Shown here: piece by piece, positions 8,670 to 20,203 of the stretch
Numbering within the stretch: position 1 is the first letter of the stretch
How the letters are laid out: each line of letters begins with the position of its first letter
Assembly: GCA_965231905.1 (NCBI GenBank)
Contig: CBDDOO010000001.1
Span: forward strand, 324,900 to 388,899
Origin: Arenicellales bacterium
GTDB lineage: Bacteria; Pseudomonadota; Gammaproteobacteria; Arenicellales; Poriferihabitantaceae
Direction of reading: 5' to 3'
DNA length: 64,000 bases
Translations under genes and position numbers: made by a program
The notes under the pieces: model-generated
What the model saw: the letters and a program-made list of their open reading frames with translations, nothing else
Told to the model about the DNA's origin: nothing
Databases searched by the model: none

Positions 8670-9623
8670 TTAAGGAGAATCAATCAGGGATTTCACCACA
8701 GCCGTCATCACCGGCGGGCAGACCCCGTTACCGAGTAGCCGGACGCGGTCGCGTCGAGTACCGATCAGCAACTTGAAACTCTCATCGAAACCCATGGCTC
8801 GCTTGAGCTCGGGAACTTGGAGCATCCGCATCCTTGATTCCCTCCCATCATGCTGGACAAGAGCGAAACGATCCACAGTTGTAATGGTGCGTAAAGGCCG
8901 ATCAAGGGGTTGCCAGCCGCCACTTCCATCATTCCCATAGTACACCAGAAGAAAACTGGCTTCCTCTCCGAGTGCCTGAAAGCCGCGTTGCGCCCGTTCA
9001 AGCGTCGCAGTGGCCCGACGCTCATCGAACAAGGCAGATGTTTTCCAGACACCTACTGAATCCAGTATTGACTTTACCGTTTTACGCTGACAGGGGCGCT
9101 TGTGGATAACCGGGTTCGGATTACGCGCGCGGTCGCCGACGAGAAAGAGACGGCGCCGACGTTGCGGCACACCGAAATCGGCTGAATCCAACACGTGTTC
9201 ATGCAACCGATAACCGAGATTGCCAAGTTCATGCTTGAGTTCTCCATAGCGCGACCATGGTCGCATGTGGATCACATTTTCCAACACCAGCCACCGGGGA
9301 CGCAGTGCTTGAGCATAGCTGACAACCAACATGGCAGTGGCACGGCTGGCTTCGTCACGCGGCGCCCCGCCCTTGGCACAGGTATGGTTAGTGCATTCGG
9401 GAGAAGCAAGCAGAAGATCAATCTCGCCGATTTCCGTTTTCAAGGAACCGAGGGGAACGCTTTCCAAACGTTCGGCGATGACCCGCGCCTCTGGAAAATT
9501 GGTAGAAAACGTCTTGGCTGCGATGGCGCACATATCAACACCGACAACGATTTCGGCTCCGGCATCTCGCGCTCCGGCGCTACCGCCGCCTGCACCGCAG
9601 AACATGTCAAATGCCCGTATCAT
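8670..9623 (-). CDS. DNA (cytosine-5)-methyltransferase
   Basis: AFDMFCGAGGGS (motif I), ASPECTNHTCAKGG (motif IV variant with PEC), LENV (motif VI), PQRRRRLFLVG (motif VIII). Lies 37 nt downstream of hsdS on the same strand. Confidence 0.9.
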   Translation of the reverse strand: MIRAFDMFCGAGGGSAGARDAGAEIVVGVDMCAIAAKTFSTNFPEARVIAERLESVPLGSLKTEIGEIDLLLASPECTNHTCAKGGAPRDEASRATAMLVVSYAQALRPRWLVLENVIHMRPWSRYGELKHELGNLGYRLHEHVLDSADFGVPQRRRRLFLVGDRARNPNPVIHKRPCQRKTVKSILDSVGVWKTSALFDERRATATLERAQRGFQALGEEASFLLVYYGNDGSGGWQPLDRPLRTITTVDRFALVQHDGRESRMRMLQVPELKRAMGFDESFKLLIGTRRDRVRLLGNGVCPPVMTAVVKSLIDSP

Positions 9624-9660
9624 CTTGTGGTGATGATTGTTTTGCTGTTTATGATGTCAG

Positions 9661-10818
9661 TCATGCGTCTGCTTCCAGAAGGCGTGACATCAGGGAAGCG
9701 GTCAACGACGCGGAGGTTTTATGACCGGAGTCAGCGAGTTTGGTTGTTGTCTGTGCAGATTGTATGATTTCTGCAAATCGCTTTTGTGCATCAAAAGTCG
9801 GTACTGGAACCGGCATCGACAAGAGTGCTTTCATGTCGGTTCTGGGCATCCGTGAGCCTGTTACCGAGGCCATAACATAGTCAACGGTTTCTTCTCGCCG
9901 GAGCAAGTTTGCAAGAAAGTCACGATTTACCCCGTCTCGAGGTAGCAATGGGATAAGCTCGGTCGAACACCTGCCAGGGAAATCGGGCGTGGCAACTTTA
10001 TTAAGGTATGGCCTGAGCTTTCCATAAAGAACATGGCGTTCGTCAAAAGAGAATGCCGCGCTCTTTCGGGCGCCGACACGAGAATCTGAATCGAAGTTAA
10101 AGGCTCCGATACCTGAGTCAACGTTTTCGACCCCGACGAAACGGAGTTGGGGTGCGATCGGATCGTTTGGTTTGATCCCGCGACGGTCCATATCGCAAAG
10201 GTCACCAAGCGTTTTTATCTCCCACCCCATCGGATTCTCGACCGGGTCTCCGAACATTTTGACGAACAGCGCCGGAATGAATTCCTGCAACCGTTCCTGT
10301 GCCTGTTTTTGCAGCCGTTCAATCTTCGCCGCCCGGTTCAGGATATTGACGATGCGGCGTTGCTCGTCGAGTGGTGGGAGAGGAATACAGACCTGCTTAA
10401 GAGTGGACTTTGGGAGTTCTCTAAACGTCGTACCTCCGGCGAGTTGAATCAGGCGTTCACGCTGGTCGCGAAGCCAAAATGCGAGATACTCCGGCACAAT
10501 GCGTTCGCTACAAATGAGGTTGGCGAAACCCTGGTTGGTCGCTATGGGCTGAGTCGCGATTGCCGTGTAGCCAATGGTGGCTCTACTCGTCATCAATACG
10601 GTTCCAGCAGGCACTAAACGGGCACTGCTTTCACGCAACGCAACTTCAGTGATTGATTCCTTTGTTTGATCGAGAAAGAGAGTATCAAGCACTGTCACAT
10701 CCGTCGGTGTGGCCCACGGTATGGTGCCATTGAAATAAGCAGCAATACTACGCCGGGGAGTTCCCCCGCCAACGATGGTACAAACTTCTGCGAGAGGCAC
10801 TCGTACGCACGCAGTCAT
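9661..10818 (-). CDS. hsdS: type I restriction-modification specificity subunit
   Basis: Two-TRD layout with conserved helical spacers (PLPPLDEQRRIVNILN ... VPVPTFDAQKRFAEII). ATGA overlap with hsdM. Confidence 0.9.
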   Translation of the reverse strand: MTACVRVPLAEVCTIVGGGTPRRSIAAYFNGTIPWATPTDVTVLDTLFLDQTKESITEVALRESSARLVPAGTVLMTSRATIGYTAIATQPIATNQGFANLICSERIVPEYLAFWLRDQRERLIQLAGGTTFRELPKSTLKQVCIPLPPLDEQRRIVNILNRAAKIERLQKQAQERLQEFIPALFVKMFGDPVENPMGWEIKTLGDLCDMDRRGIKPNDPIAPQLRFVGVENVDSGIGAFNFDSDSRVGARKSAAFSFDERHVLYGKLRPYLNKVATPDFPGRCSTELIPLLPRDGVNRDFLANLLRREETVDYVMASVTGSRMPRTDMKALLSMPVPVPTFDAQKRFAEIIQSAQTTTKLADSGHKTSASLTASLMSRLLEADA

Positions 10819-12446
10819 TCCGCCACCACCCCTCGCACCGCCCCCGCCAACTCATCAATCTCTCCCAATATCTCCGTCTCAATTTCCCTCAATTCCTCCA
10901 GAATCTCCAACGGGTCGCGATGCTTCACTTTAGCCCGGCTTTGTGGCCGGTGCCGGTTGGCGCTGAGATTGAAGTCCACAGCGCGAATTTCATCAGCCTC
11001 GGCGAACCACCACTTCTCCGTCCAGTTGTCCTTCAGATCCCGGTCGCGCCACGCCGCCCACCGCTCCTCCCGGTCCTGGAACGCATCAATCAGACCGGGC
11101 AGGTCATCCTCGTCAATCGGCGTATCATGGTTGGCGTCCAGCTTGAATCCGTCCTGGTCGGCATGGAGAAACATCACCCGTTCTGTTGTCCCACCCTTGC
11201 GAAATACCAGCACGGAAGTCTTGACCCCGGAATAGGGATTGAACACGCCACCGGGCAACGACAGTACGGCCTCCACCGTATTGTTCTCGATCAGTTTGCG
11301 CCGCAATTCCTGGTGCGCTCCAGTAGACCCGAACAATACACCCTCCGGCACGACCACACCGCAACGTCCTCCTTCCCGCAAATGGTTGACCATGTATTGC
11401 AGGAACAGAAGTTCCGTCTGCGCTGTGCGTCCGACCTTCACATCCTCGACAATGCGATCCTTGTCCAGGCGCCCGGAAAAGGGCGGGTTGGCGAGGATGA
11501 CATCAAATCCCTGCACTGGCAGACCCAGTTCCGCCTTTGCGGCCCGGTCCAGGGAACGGGTCAGTGCATCGCGGCGCAAGATGCGTACCCGGTCCAGACC
11601 GCGCAGGGTCAGATTCATCGTGGCGAGGCGCACCATCTGCGGGTCTACATCGTTGCCGAAGAACGTGGCTTCCTGCAACTGCCGCACCGCGTTCCGGCTC
11701 AACGTGTCGCCGAGTCCGCGTACAACTGTCTTGCCCTCGGCTTCCACCTCTTCCATTCCGTCAGGCGACGAGTTCGCCAGCCGGATATGATCGTAGGCGC
11801 CGACCAGAAAGCCAGACGTGCCTGCCGCCGGGTCGTAAACAGTCTCGCCGATGCGGGGGTCAACCAGCCGAACCAGGGCGCGGATAATGTGGCGTGGGGT
11901 TCGGAACTGACCCAACTCCCCCGCCTGACGGATCTGGCGTAATACATGCTCGAACAGATCGCCCTTGGTATCCGCGTCCACCTGGTCCAGATGCAGGTCG
12001 TTCAGTTGGCTGACGATCTGGGTGAGTACGGTCGGCTCATCAATCACCAGCCGGGCGCCGTCCATGAAATCGGTAACGCCGTCTGCCGCGACTTCGGCAT
12101 GGAACGCAAAGACCTCCTCGCGAACCCAGTGGACCAGTCGCTCGCCGTTCAGCGCATGCGCCCAGGACGACCATCTCAACAATTCGCGTGATACGGACTC
12201 GGCGCCTGACTCTGGAGCATTGCGCGGGTCGCGCAAGTCCCATTCTCCTTCGAAGACGCTGGCATAGGGAGCGGCTCCCGGACGCCGGGCAGCCCGCACA
12301 CGTACCGCGTCCGCCGCCTCGTACAGGTAGAAGTAGATCAGGAAGCTGAGTTGCTCGGCGTTCTGGGCCGGATTCGGGTAACCGCCGCCGAACAGGTAAT
12401 TGCGGATACGGTCGATGCCGCGCCGAAGTTCCGGGGTCATGGGCAT
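10815..12446 (-). CDS. hsdM: type I restriction-modification N6-adenine DNA methyltransferase subunit
   Basis: FRTPRHI, DPAAGTSGFL (SAM motif), ILANPPFSG (NPPF catalytic motif). Start moved to ATG 12446, 4 nt after the hsdR stop, rather than the track start 12530, which would overlap hsdR by 80 nt. Confidence 0.9.
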   Translation of the reverse strand: MPMTPELRRGIDRIRNYLFGGGYPNPAQNAEQLSFLIYFYLYEAADAVRVRAARRPGAAPYASVFEGEWDLRDPRNAPESGAESVSRELLRWSSWAHALNGERLVHWVREEVFAFHAEVAADGVTDFMDGARLVIDEPTVLTQIVSQLNDLHLDQVDADTKGDLFEHVLRQIRQAGELGQFRTPRHIIRALVRLVDPRIGETVYDPAAGTSGFLVGAYDHIRLANSSPDGMEEVEAEGKTVVRGLGDTLSRNAVRQLQEATFFGNDVDPQMVRLATMNLTLRGLDRVRILRRDALTRSLDRAAKAELGLPVQGFDVILANPPFSGRLDKDRIVEDVKVGRTAQTELLFLQYMVNHLREGGRCGVVVPEGVLFGSTGAHQELRRKLIENNTVEAVLSLPGGVFNPYSGVKTSVLVFRKGGTTERVMFLHADQDGFKLDANHDTPIDEDDLPGLIDAFQDREERWAAWRDRDLKDNWTEKWWFAEADEIRAVDFNLSANRHRPQSRAKVKHRDPLEILEELREIETEILGEIDELAGAVRGVVAE

Positions 12447-12450
12447 ACCG

Positions 12451-14601
12451 TCAACGCTCCCCGATGTGAGAGTCCCTGGATTCGCCTGTTGTCGGACGCG
12501 GTCCGAACACCACGGCATTGAATCCGGCAATCAGCCTGTCGAGGAATTTCTCGCCTCCGAACACCCGCCGGGCCTGATCATATCCGCCCAGGGCGGTGAA
12601 CGGGTGTTCATCCAGGTTGTAATCTCCGAAGGTTTCCGCTTTCATGGCGTTCGCCTTGACCTGACTCCCGATCAGTCCCGCCCAGCGAGCCTGTTCGGCG
12701 GTGAGTTCCTGCTCACTGCGCCATTGCTCAACCCGCAAGCCGATTCCGGCTGCTCGCGCATCGTGTTCCGGCGTGCGCACAATCCGGCCGTTCTCATCGA
12801 GCGTCAGCCACTCGCGGGTTGAGGGGTCAATGTGGTCGTCCACATCCAGCGTCAATAGCTTGCCGGATTGGTATGGCCCCTGTCGTCCGTCCCGTTTGTT
12901 GGCATCCAGGACTCCGCCTTCCATGCCTTCATCATCGTCTCCGTGGAAATCGGTCACACCGGCGAAATCGAACAGGGTGAATCCTGTCTTCCCGATATGA
13001 TCCGCCCTGCGAGTGCCGCGTCCGCGCATCTGTCGGTAGAGGATGGCGCTGCGGGTGAACCGGGCCATCACCAGATTGACCACCTCGGGACAGTCGAAGC
13101 CGGTATCGAGCATATTTACACTGACCAGAATCCGGGGAAATTCTTCTTCCTTGAAGCGCTTGATGATGGCGCCTGCATCGGGGGCCGGGCCGCCGCCTGC
13201 GTCACTCACCACGAAATCCGCGTATCGCGTCGTCGGGTGCGGTTTCAGGTCGGCGAAATGCTCATCGAACATCTCCGCCAGCGTTTGCGCATGGCGTTTC
13301 GTCACCGCGAATACGATGGTTTTGCCCATGTCCGGGATATGCCGGATACCGCTCTTGCCCATGAACCCTTTTTCGAAGGTGTCGCGGAACTCGCGGACGA
13401 TGGCGCGGTTGCGTTCGGGTATCGTGAATCTGCGTTCCAGGGCGCGAGGGTCTACGCTGATGCTGTCCATAGTCACGAACAATTTCTCGAACTCGGACCG
13501 GGTGGTCACATCCATCGCGCTCCAGTCCAGTTCATCGCGCCGAACTGAAAATCCGTCTACATCGGCTGTCTTTACCGTCATCGCCTTGTAGATGCGATAG
13601 GGAACCAGGTGGCCCGCCTGAATGGCTTCGGGTAATGTGTAGCGGAAAGTCGGCTTTTCAAGGCCGAAGAACCGCAGAGTGTCCCGCACGAACAGGCCGT
13701 CTTCCGGGTCGGAAGGCGCGTCCCCATCCATTACGGTGCAAGGGGTCGCCGTCAGTCCCAGTTGGAACCCATCAAAATGCCGTAATACGCCACTCCATTT
13801 GCCATAGATTGAGCGGTGGCATTCATCGGTAATCACCAGATCGAAATAACCCGGTGAAAGGTCGCGATATTCCGCGATCATGGTCTGAAGGGTCGCAATC
13901 GTGACCCGCTTGGCCCGGTCGAATCCCCGGCCGGGGCGCAATACGTGACAGGGATAATCCCGCAGGTGGTCGGTAAATGCGTCTTCGGCTTGACCGGCCA
14001 GCGCAATTCGGTCAACAAGGAACAGGACACGGGTGACCATACCCGCCTCGAACAAGCGTTTAATGAAAGCGGCCGCTGTGCGGGTCTTGCCGGTTCCCGT
14101 CGCCATCTCGACCAGCAGTTTGCGCCGCCCCCGCAATACTTCGGTAGATAGCTCTTCGATACAGGCGATCTGGTAATCCCGGTCCACGATGCTCCGGTCA
14201 ATGGCGACACTGGAAAGGTCGCGGCGAATCCGGCGCGCGGCAATCCGCCTTTCCAGATCATCCTGTGAATAGAAACCCGCGATTATCCGGGCATGCGCGT
14301 CTGTTTCGCGATCCAGGAAGCGTACTTCCTCGCCGTTCGACAGGAATACGAACGGCACATCCAGTTGTCCGGCGTAGTGGCGCCCCTGGTCCTGAGCCGT
14401 GACCGGATCAATGCTGGCGCGCTTGGCTTCGAGTATCGCCATCGGGCGGCCCTGACGGTCACAGAGCGCATAGTCCGCCTGCGTACCATCGGGAAGGGCG
14501 TGCTCGAACAGGACGCTCGACCCATCGGTGATATTCCAGCCTGAATCTTTCAGCAATGCGTCAATCTTGACGCGGGAAAACGCTTCAGTGGTTGAGGTCA
14601 C
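12451..14601 (-). CDS. hsdR: type I restriction enzyme R subunit (PD-(D/E)xK nuclease + SF2 helicase)
   Basis: N-terminal ADYALCDRQGRPMAILEAKR (D...EAK nuclease motif), MATGTGKT (Walker A), ITDECHRS (DEAH-type motif II). GTG start. At 716 aa it is short for HsdR. Confidence 0.85.
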   Translation of the reverse strand: MTSTTEAFSRVKIDALLKDSGWNITDGSSVLFEHALPDGTQADYALCDRQGRPMAILEAKRASIDPVTAQDQGRHYAGQLDVPFVFLSNGEEVRFLDRETDAHARIIAGFYSQDDLERRIAARRIRRDLSSVAIDRSIVDRDYQIACIEELSTEVLRGRRKLLVEMATGTGKTRTAAAFIKRLFEAGMVTRVLFLVDRIALAGQAEDAFTDHLRDYPCHVLRPGRGFDRAKRVTIATLQTMIAEYRDLSPGYFDLVITDECHRSIYGKWSGVLRHFDGFQLGLTATPCTVMDGDAPSDPEDGLFVRDTLRFFGLEKPTFRYTLPEAIQAGHLVPYRIYKAMTVKTADVDGFSVRRDELDWSAMDVTTRSEFEKLFVTMDSISVDPRALERRFTIPERNRAIVREFRDTFEKGFMGKSGIRHIPDMGKTIVFAVTKRHAQTLAEMFDEHFADLKPHPTTRYADFVVSDAGGGPAPDAGAIIKRFKEEEFPRILVSVNMLDTGFDCPEVVNLVMARFTRSAILYRQMRGRGTRRADHIGKTGFTLFDFAGVTDFHGDDDEGMEGGVLDANKRDGRQGPYQSGKLLTLDVDDHIDPSTREWLTLDENGRIVRTPEHDARAAGIGLRVEQWRSEQELTAEQARWAGLIGSQVKANAMKAETFGDYNLDEHPFTALGGYDQARRVFGGEKFLDRLIAGFNAVVFGPRPTTGESRDSHIGER

Positions 14602-14616
14602 AAGTTGAACCGGGAA

Positions 14617-15237
14617 TCAAGGCATCGGTACTTCCGTATCGACCGGGACGCGGTAGCCTTTTTGTACGGCCGGGCGCGCGGCAATTTCGGTGTACCAGCG
14701 TTTCACGTTCAGGAAGTCGTTCATATCGACCTGTTGCCACTCGAATCGGGAGGCCCAGGGCCACAACGCGATATCGGCGATTGAGTAGTCACCGGCGACA
14801 TATTCATTTTCTTCCAGATGGTCGTCGAGTACGGCATAGAGGCGCTGGGCTTCGACCTTGTATCTTTTCTCGGCGTATTCACTGGTTCCGGGCTTGAAGT
14901 GCAGGAAGTGGTGAGCCTGCCCCAGCATCGGGCCGAAGCCGCCCATCTGGAACATCAGCCATTCCAGAATTTGCCAGCGCTTGTCTTGCGGCATCAGCAT
15001 TCTGGTTTTATCGGCCAGATAAATCAGGATCGCGCCGGATTCCATCATGCTCAAGTCGTTTTCCTCATCGACGATAGCCGGAATCTTGTTGTTCGGGCTG
15101 ATCTTCAGGAAATCTTCATCGAATTGGTCGTTCTTGCCGATGTCGATCGGGTGGACCCGGTAGGGCAGTCCGGTTTCTTCGAGCATGATGGACGCTTTGC
15201 GTCCGTTCGGGGTGCTCCAGGTGTATAGATTAATCAT
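14617..15237 (-). CDS. yfcG: Nu-class glutathione S-transferase / disulfide-bond oxidoreductase, YfcG-like
   Basis: Resembles E. coli YfcG from memory (LY..TPNG.K..LEE..L.Y....D...G.QF...FL.ISPNNKIPAIVD). Confidence 0.85.
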   Translation of the reverse strand: MINLYTWSTPNGRKASIMLEETGLPYRVHPIDIGKNDQFDEDFLKISPNNKIPAIVDEENDLSMMESGAILIYLADKTRMLMPQDKRWQILEWLMFQMGGFGPMLGQAHHFLHFKPGTSEYAEKRYKVEAQRLYAVLDDHLEENEYVAGDYSIADIALWPWASRFEWQQVDMNDFLNVKRWYTEIAARPAVQKGYRVPVDTEVPMP

Positions 15238-15327
15238 TACAGTATTTTCTTATATCCGGTTGGTCGGGTTGTCTTGGGCGAGGTCACGATCAGGCTGCAA
15301 TTATAGGGGGTTCGAGGTCAAAATAGT

Positions 15328-16524
15328 TCATCGGGCGCCGGAACTCTCTTTCCCCACTTTCACCAGCAGTTCCGTGTCCGGCGAGAACCTCCTGATGAGT
15401 GGCAGCAGTGCGGCCCCGAGGACACGTGCCTTCGGTCCGATGGAGCCTGTTGTGATCTCGATGGGCGAAAGGCCCGTGCAATCGAACTTGCCGTAGGCGT
15501 CACCCACTCCATCGACCACGCGGCGGCGCCAGTCGGACCGCAGAAGTCCATCTATGATCACCGCCTCAAAGTCAACGACACTCATTGCCGACACCACCGC
15601 ACGGGACAGGGCTTCTACTGCCCGATTCAGCCAGGTAGAGAAAACCTCCTCGGGATCCCGTGTTCCAATGGGGCTCAGCATTTCCGATTTGTCGAAACCG
15701 GCGGCGACCAGCGCCCGCTCCAGATCAATGACCGATGCCCGGTGAATGAGCTGTTGCGGTTTTTCGACTCCATCCATGTCGCCGATCGGCATCGAACCCA
15801 GGGCGCCCGCATTGAGCTGTTCGCCCCGGTAGAGGCGGCTATTGATGACAACGCCGCCCCCGACGAAGGTGCCCAGGTAGATATACAGTGCGCTGCGCCG
15901 GTTGATTTGATCGCCGGCAATCATCTCCGCGGCACAAGCGGCTGTGGCATCGTTGTACAGCGACGCCGAAAGGCCGGTCGCCGCTTCGAGTTCGGCGGCG
16001 ACATCAATATCGCGCCATGCGGCGATCGCCTCGCGTTCCAGACTCAGGACATCCGACCATTCATGCAGAACCCAGGGCATCGCGACACCGAGGCCGACGA
16101 TACGGGCGCGCAGGCCACGTTTCAGGGAGCTCACGAGTTCCAGAGTAGTGTCCGTCGCCATGGCCATGGTCTGCGACGGGAGCGGGGCGTGATAGGACGT
16201 TGATCGGGAAGCCACGATGCTGCCACAGAAATCGACGAGAAGAACCTCGAGACTGCGGCGCCCAATCTTGACACCCAGGGAAAAGGCGCCTTCGGGGTTG
16301 AGCGCGACCGGAGTGAAAGGTTTGCCCACTCTGCCCCGAACCTTCTCGCGCTTGACCAGAAGTCCCTCGTCAAGCAGCGAATTGACGATCACAGTCGCGG
16401 CCTGACTGCTGAGTCCGGTGGTGCGTGCGATTTCCGCTTTTGACAGCGCGCTCGCCTGCCGTATGGCAGTGATCATCAAACGCTCGTTGAAGGCTCTGAG
16501 CCCGATCGGCTCTCCGTTTCGCAT
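15328..16524 (-). CDS. ROK-family transcriptional regulator
   Basis: N-terminal wHTH (NERLMITAIRQASALSKAEIARTTGLSSQAATVIVNSLLDEGLL) followed by a ROK sugar-kinase-like fold. Start set at ATG 16524, just after the fructokinase stop. Confidence 0.85.
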   Translation of the reverse strand: MRNGEPIGLRAFNERLMITAIRQASALSKAEIARTTGLSSQAATVIVNSLLDEGLLVKREKVRGRVGKPFTPVALNPEGAFSLGVKIGRRSLEVLLVDFCGSIVASRSTSYHAPLPSQTMAMATDTTLELVSSLKRGLRARIVGLGVAMPWVLHEWSDVLSLEREAIAAWRDIDVAAELEAATGLSASLYNDATAACAAEMIAGDQINRRSALYIYLGTFVGGGVVINSRLYRGEQLNAGALGSMPIGDMDGVEKPQQLIHRASVIDLERALVAAGFDKSEMLSPIGTRDPEEVFSTWLNRAVEALSRAVVSAMSVVDFEAVIIDGLLRSDWRRRVVDGVGDAYGKFDCTGLSPIEITTGSIGPKARVLGAALLPLIRRFSPDTELLVKVGKESSGAR

Positions 16525-16531
16525 ATTGTTT

Positions 16532-17476
16532 CTATTGGGTATACTGGAGATCCGGCAGTTCGGAACGAAGGGGCAGGTCGGCGCCGCGGCGCGTGCAGGT
16601 GATTGCCGCCGCCGCCGTGGCAAAATCCACGACCTGGCGGCACTCGTCCAGCGAAATCCGGGACAGTCCCGATTTCGTTGCCTTGCCGAGTTCATCCAGT
16701 CCGCAAAGAAGCCCCGCCTGGAAACTGTCACCGGCCCCTACCGTATCAATCACCTCCACTTGGCGTCCGGTGGTTTCAAAGACTTCTCCCCGGAGAGAAA
16801 CCAGGGTCCCACTGTCGCCGCGGGTCACTACGATGAGAGGGACCCCGCGGGAATTCCAGCGGTAGATCGAGCTTTCGATCTCGTCGCCGGGGAACAGCAG
16901 TTCCAGATCCTCGTCACTCACCTTGATCAGATCGGCGATCTCGGTGAAGGCCTCGACCCGCTCGCGCCACTTGCCAAGGTCCGGCTCGACATTCAGGCGG
17001 AGGTTGGGGTCGAACGAGACCAGTCTCCCGTCATGATGGCGTCGGGCAAACTGGAGTAACGAGGAGCCGGTCGGCTCCACCACCAGGGAGTATGAGCCGA
17101 AGTGTATGGCGGACACCGACCGGGGTAATTCAGGCAAGTCAGTTTCGGCAACCGAACTGTCGGCCGCATCGTGGCCGTAGAAGCTGTAGTGAGGGATGCC
17201 CCCGGACCCCAGGGTAACCAATGCCAGGGTGGTCGGGTTCTGTTTTCTGACGAGATAATCGGTTTCCACCCCTTCGTTCTCCAGTGTCTGTTCCAGCCGA
17301 CAGCCCAAGGGGTCGCTGGAGATGCCGGTGAACAGGGCAGCGCCACGCCCCAGGCGGGAGAGACCGACCGCGACGTTGAAGGGCGAGCCGCCGATGCGCG
17401 CATCGAAAGTGACGCTGCTGTCCGCTTCGGCTGAAAGGAAGAGGTCATAGAGCGCTTCGCCGCAGCTCAGAAACAT
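16532..17476 (-). CDS. PfkB-family carbohydrate kinase (fructokinase)
   Basis: GGSPFNVAVGLSRLG near the N-terminus and DTVGAGDSFQAG near the C-terminus (PfkB signatures). Sits in the mannitol operon. Confidence 0.85.
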   Translation of the reverse strand: MFLSCGEALYDLFLSAEADSSVTFDARIGGSPFNVAVGLSRLGRGAALFTGISSDPLGCRLEQTLENEGVETDYLVRKQNPTTLALVTLGSGGIPHYSFYGHDAADSSVAETDLPELPRSVSAIHFGSYSLVVEPTGSSLLQFARRHHDGRLVSFDPNLRLNVEPDLGKWRERVEAFTEIADLIKVSDEDLELLFPGDEIESSIYRWNSRGVPLIVVTRGDSGTLVSLRGEVFETTGRQVEVIDTVGAGDSFQAGLLCGLDELGKATKSGLSRISLDECRQVVDFATAAAAITCTRRGADLPLRSELPDLQYTQ

Positions 17477-17635
17477 GCGGGCGCCTCGTCGGTCTGGCGC
17501 GACCAGAACCGTTCAGTCAATAAAAGCAGGACGGGCCGGGGCAGACCGTGTGGTCGTATGCAGCATCCCATCGTCAGCATCTGCCGGTCCGCCTGAATGT
17601 TCGTGAGCGGCATTGCCCGTCAGCGAAAGAGTGGT

Positions 17636-19188
17636 TCAGTTGCATGAACGTGTCGGCCAGGTGGCCGCATAGGCCTGCAGGGTTGCCTCGCACCCATCCG
17701 ACCAGATCTTGCTGAGCCAGCGTTCGAAGGCATCGACGAAACGGGGCGCCTCCACCAGGTCACCGTAGAACTGGCGTTGTTCCAGCCAGGCGCGCGGATG
17801 TTCTCGCGCCGCATTCGCCGCCTCCAGAAGGGTGTCCCAGAACGGGTCATTCGGCTCGATGACGGCGCCGTCCTCTCGTCGCCCCACACACATCCGCGCC
17901 CACAATGCCTCGACCAGCGCCAGTCCCTCGATCGGTGTGCCGTCCCTGAGTCCGTCACGCAGGATCGGCAGAATAAAGCCCGTATGGCGCGCCGAGCCCT
18001 TGAAGGCAACGCGCCGTGTCGTATCGGCGATGGCGGTGTTGGAAAATCTCCGACGGACCAGATCCAGGTAGTCTTCTTTCGCGAGATTCGGAACCGATTT
18101 TACATGGGGAAGAATTTCCTCACGCTGCACCTTGCAGAACAGGTCCCGAATCAGGGGCTGTGCCATGCAGTCCGAAATGGTTTCGATGGACAGGATTTCA
18201 CCGGGATTGGCAATGATTTGGTGACCGGCATTCAGGATGCGGATCTTCATCGTCTCATGGTCATGGACCCTGTCCGAAAAAGTAGCGCCGACCAGGTCCC
18301 AGTCCGGACGCCCGACGCAGAAGTCATCCTCGATGACCCACTGGCGGAAGCTCTCATGCGTGACGGGAACCTGATCGTCAATGCCGAATTTCCGTGCCAG
18401 TGTGAGTTCGTCCGGGCCGGTGGTGGGCACGATGCAGTCGACCATCGAGTTCGGGAACGTGCAATTCGAGTCAATCCACCCGGCAAGATCCGGGTCGGTT
18501 GCCCGTGCGAGTGAAACCAGGGTCCGGCGGAGCGCCGCGCCATTGCCCCGGAGGTTGTCGCAACTCTGGCCGGTGAACGGGCCGATACCCTGATCGCGTC
18601 TGGACCTGAGAGCTGCAATCATCGCGCCAAACACGGTGCGCGGGCGGTCCGGATTGGCGGCGTCGTGCAGTATGTCGGGATGCGCCGTGTCGAAACCATT
18701 CGTCGCGGGATCAATGTAGTAGCCTCCTTCGGTCACCGTCAACTCGACAATCCGGATCGCCGGATCTGTCATCCGGCGGATCAGGGTGGCGTTGCCCTCC
18801 TCGACTGGAACATAGTCAATCATTGCGCCAATCACCTCTGCCGATGTGCCTGATGAATCAAGTTCAATCAGCGTCGACAGGTAATCCTGCTTCCTGAGCT
18901 TCTTTCGTTGCGCGGCATCGTAGGGGCGGATACCGGCGCCAATGATCGCCCAATCGTGGTTGAGACCCAGCTGCAGCAGCCGATGCAGGTACCACGCCTG
19001 GTGCGCCCGGTGAAAATTTCCGACGCCGACATGAATGATCCCCGGGGTCAGGGATGTCCGGTCATAGCCTGGCCGGGCAATCGTTTCCGGAAGTTCGCTC
19101 AGCGTGGCGTTCGATAGACGGATCATCCTGGCCGGATCAGTGAAGGCATGATTCGGCAACCGGCGGTACGGCTTCGCTGCCAACCGTT

Positions 19189-19192
<4 letters not shown>
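17636..19192 (-). CDS. mannitol 2-dehydrogenase family oxidoreductase
   Basis: [18 protein letters not shown] is the long-chain mannitol dehydrogenase signature. The GTG at 19192 overlaps the upstream stop; ATG at 19126 is an equally plausible start. Confidence 0.85.
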
Positions 19193-20193
<1,001 letters not shown>

Positions 20194-20203
20194 ATCTCTA
20201 TCC

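Noticed and set aside
10920-11942. 340-aa plus-strand ORF
   Set aside because: It lies entirely antisense within hsdM, which has NPPF and SAM motifs. Its Arg/Pro/Gly-rich composition is typical of non-coding frames in GC-rich DNA.
12447-12530. N-terminal extension of hsdM in the track (start at 12530)
   Set aside because: It would overlap the hsdR 3' end by 80 nt. ATG 12446, 4 nt after the hsdR stop, gives a typical HsdM N-terminus.
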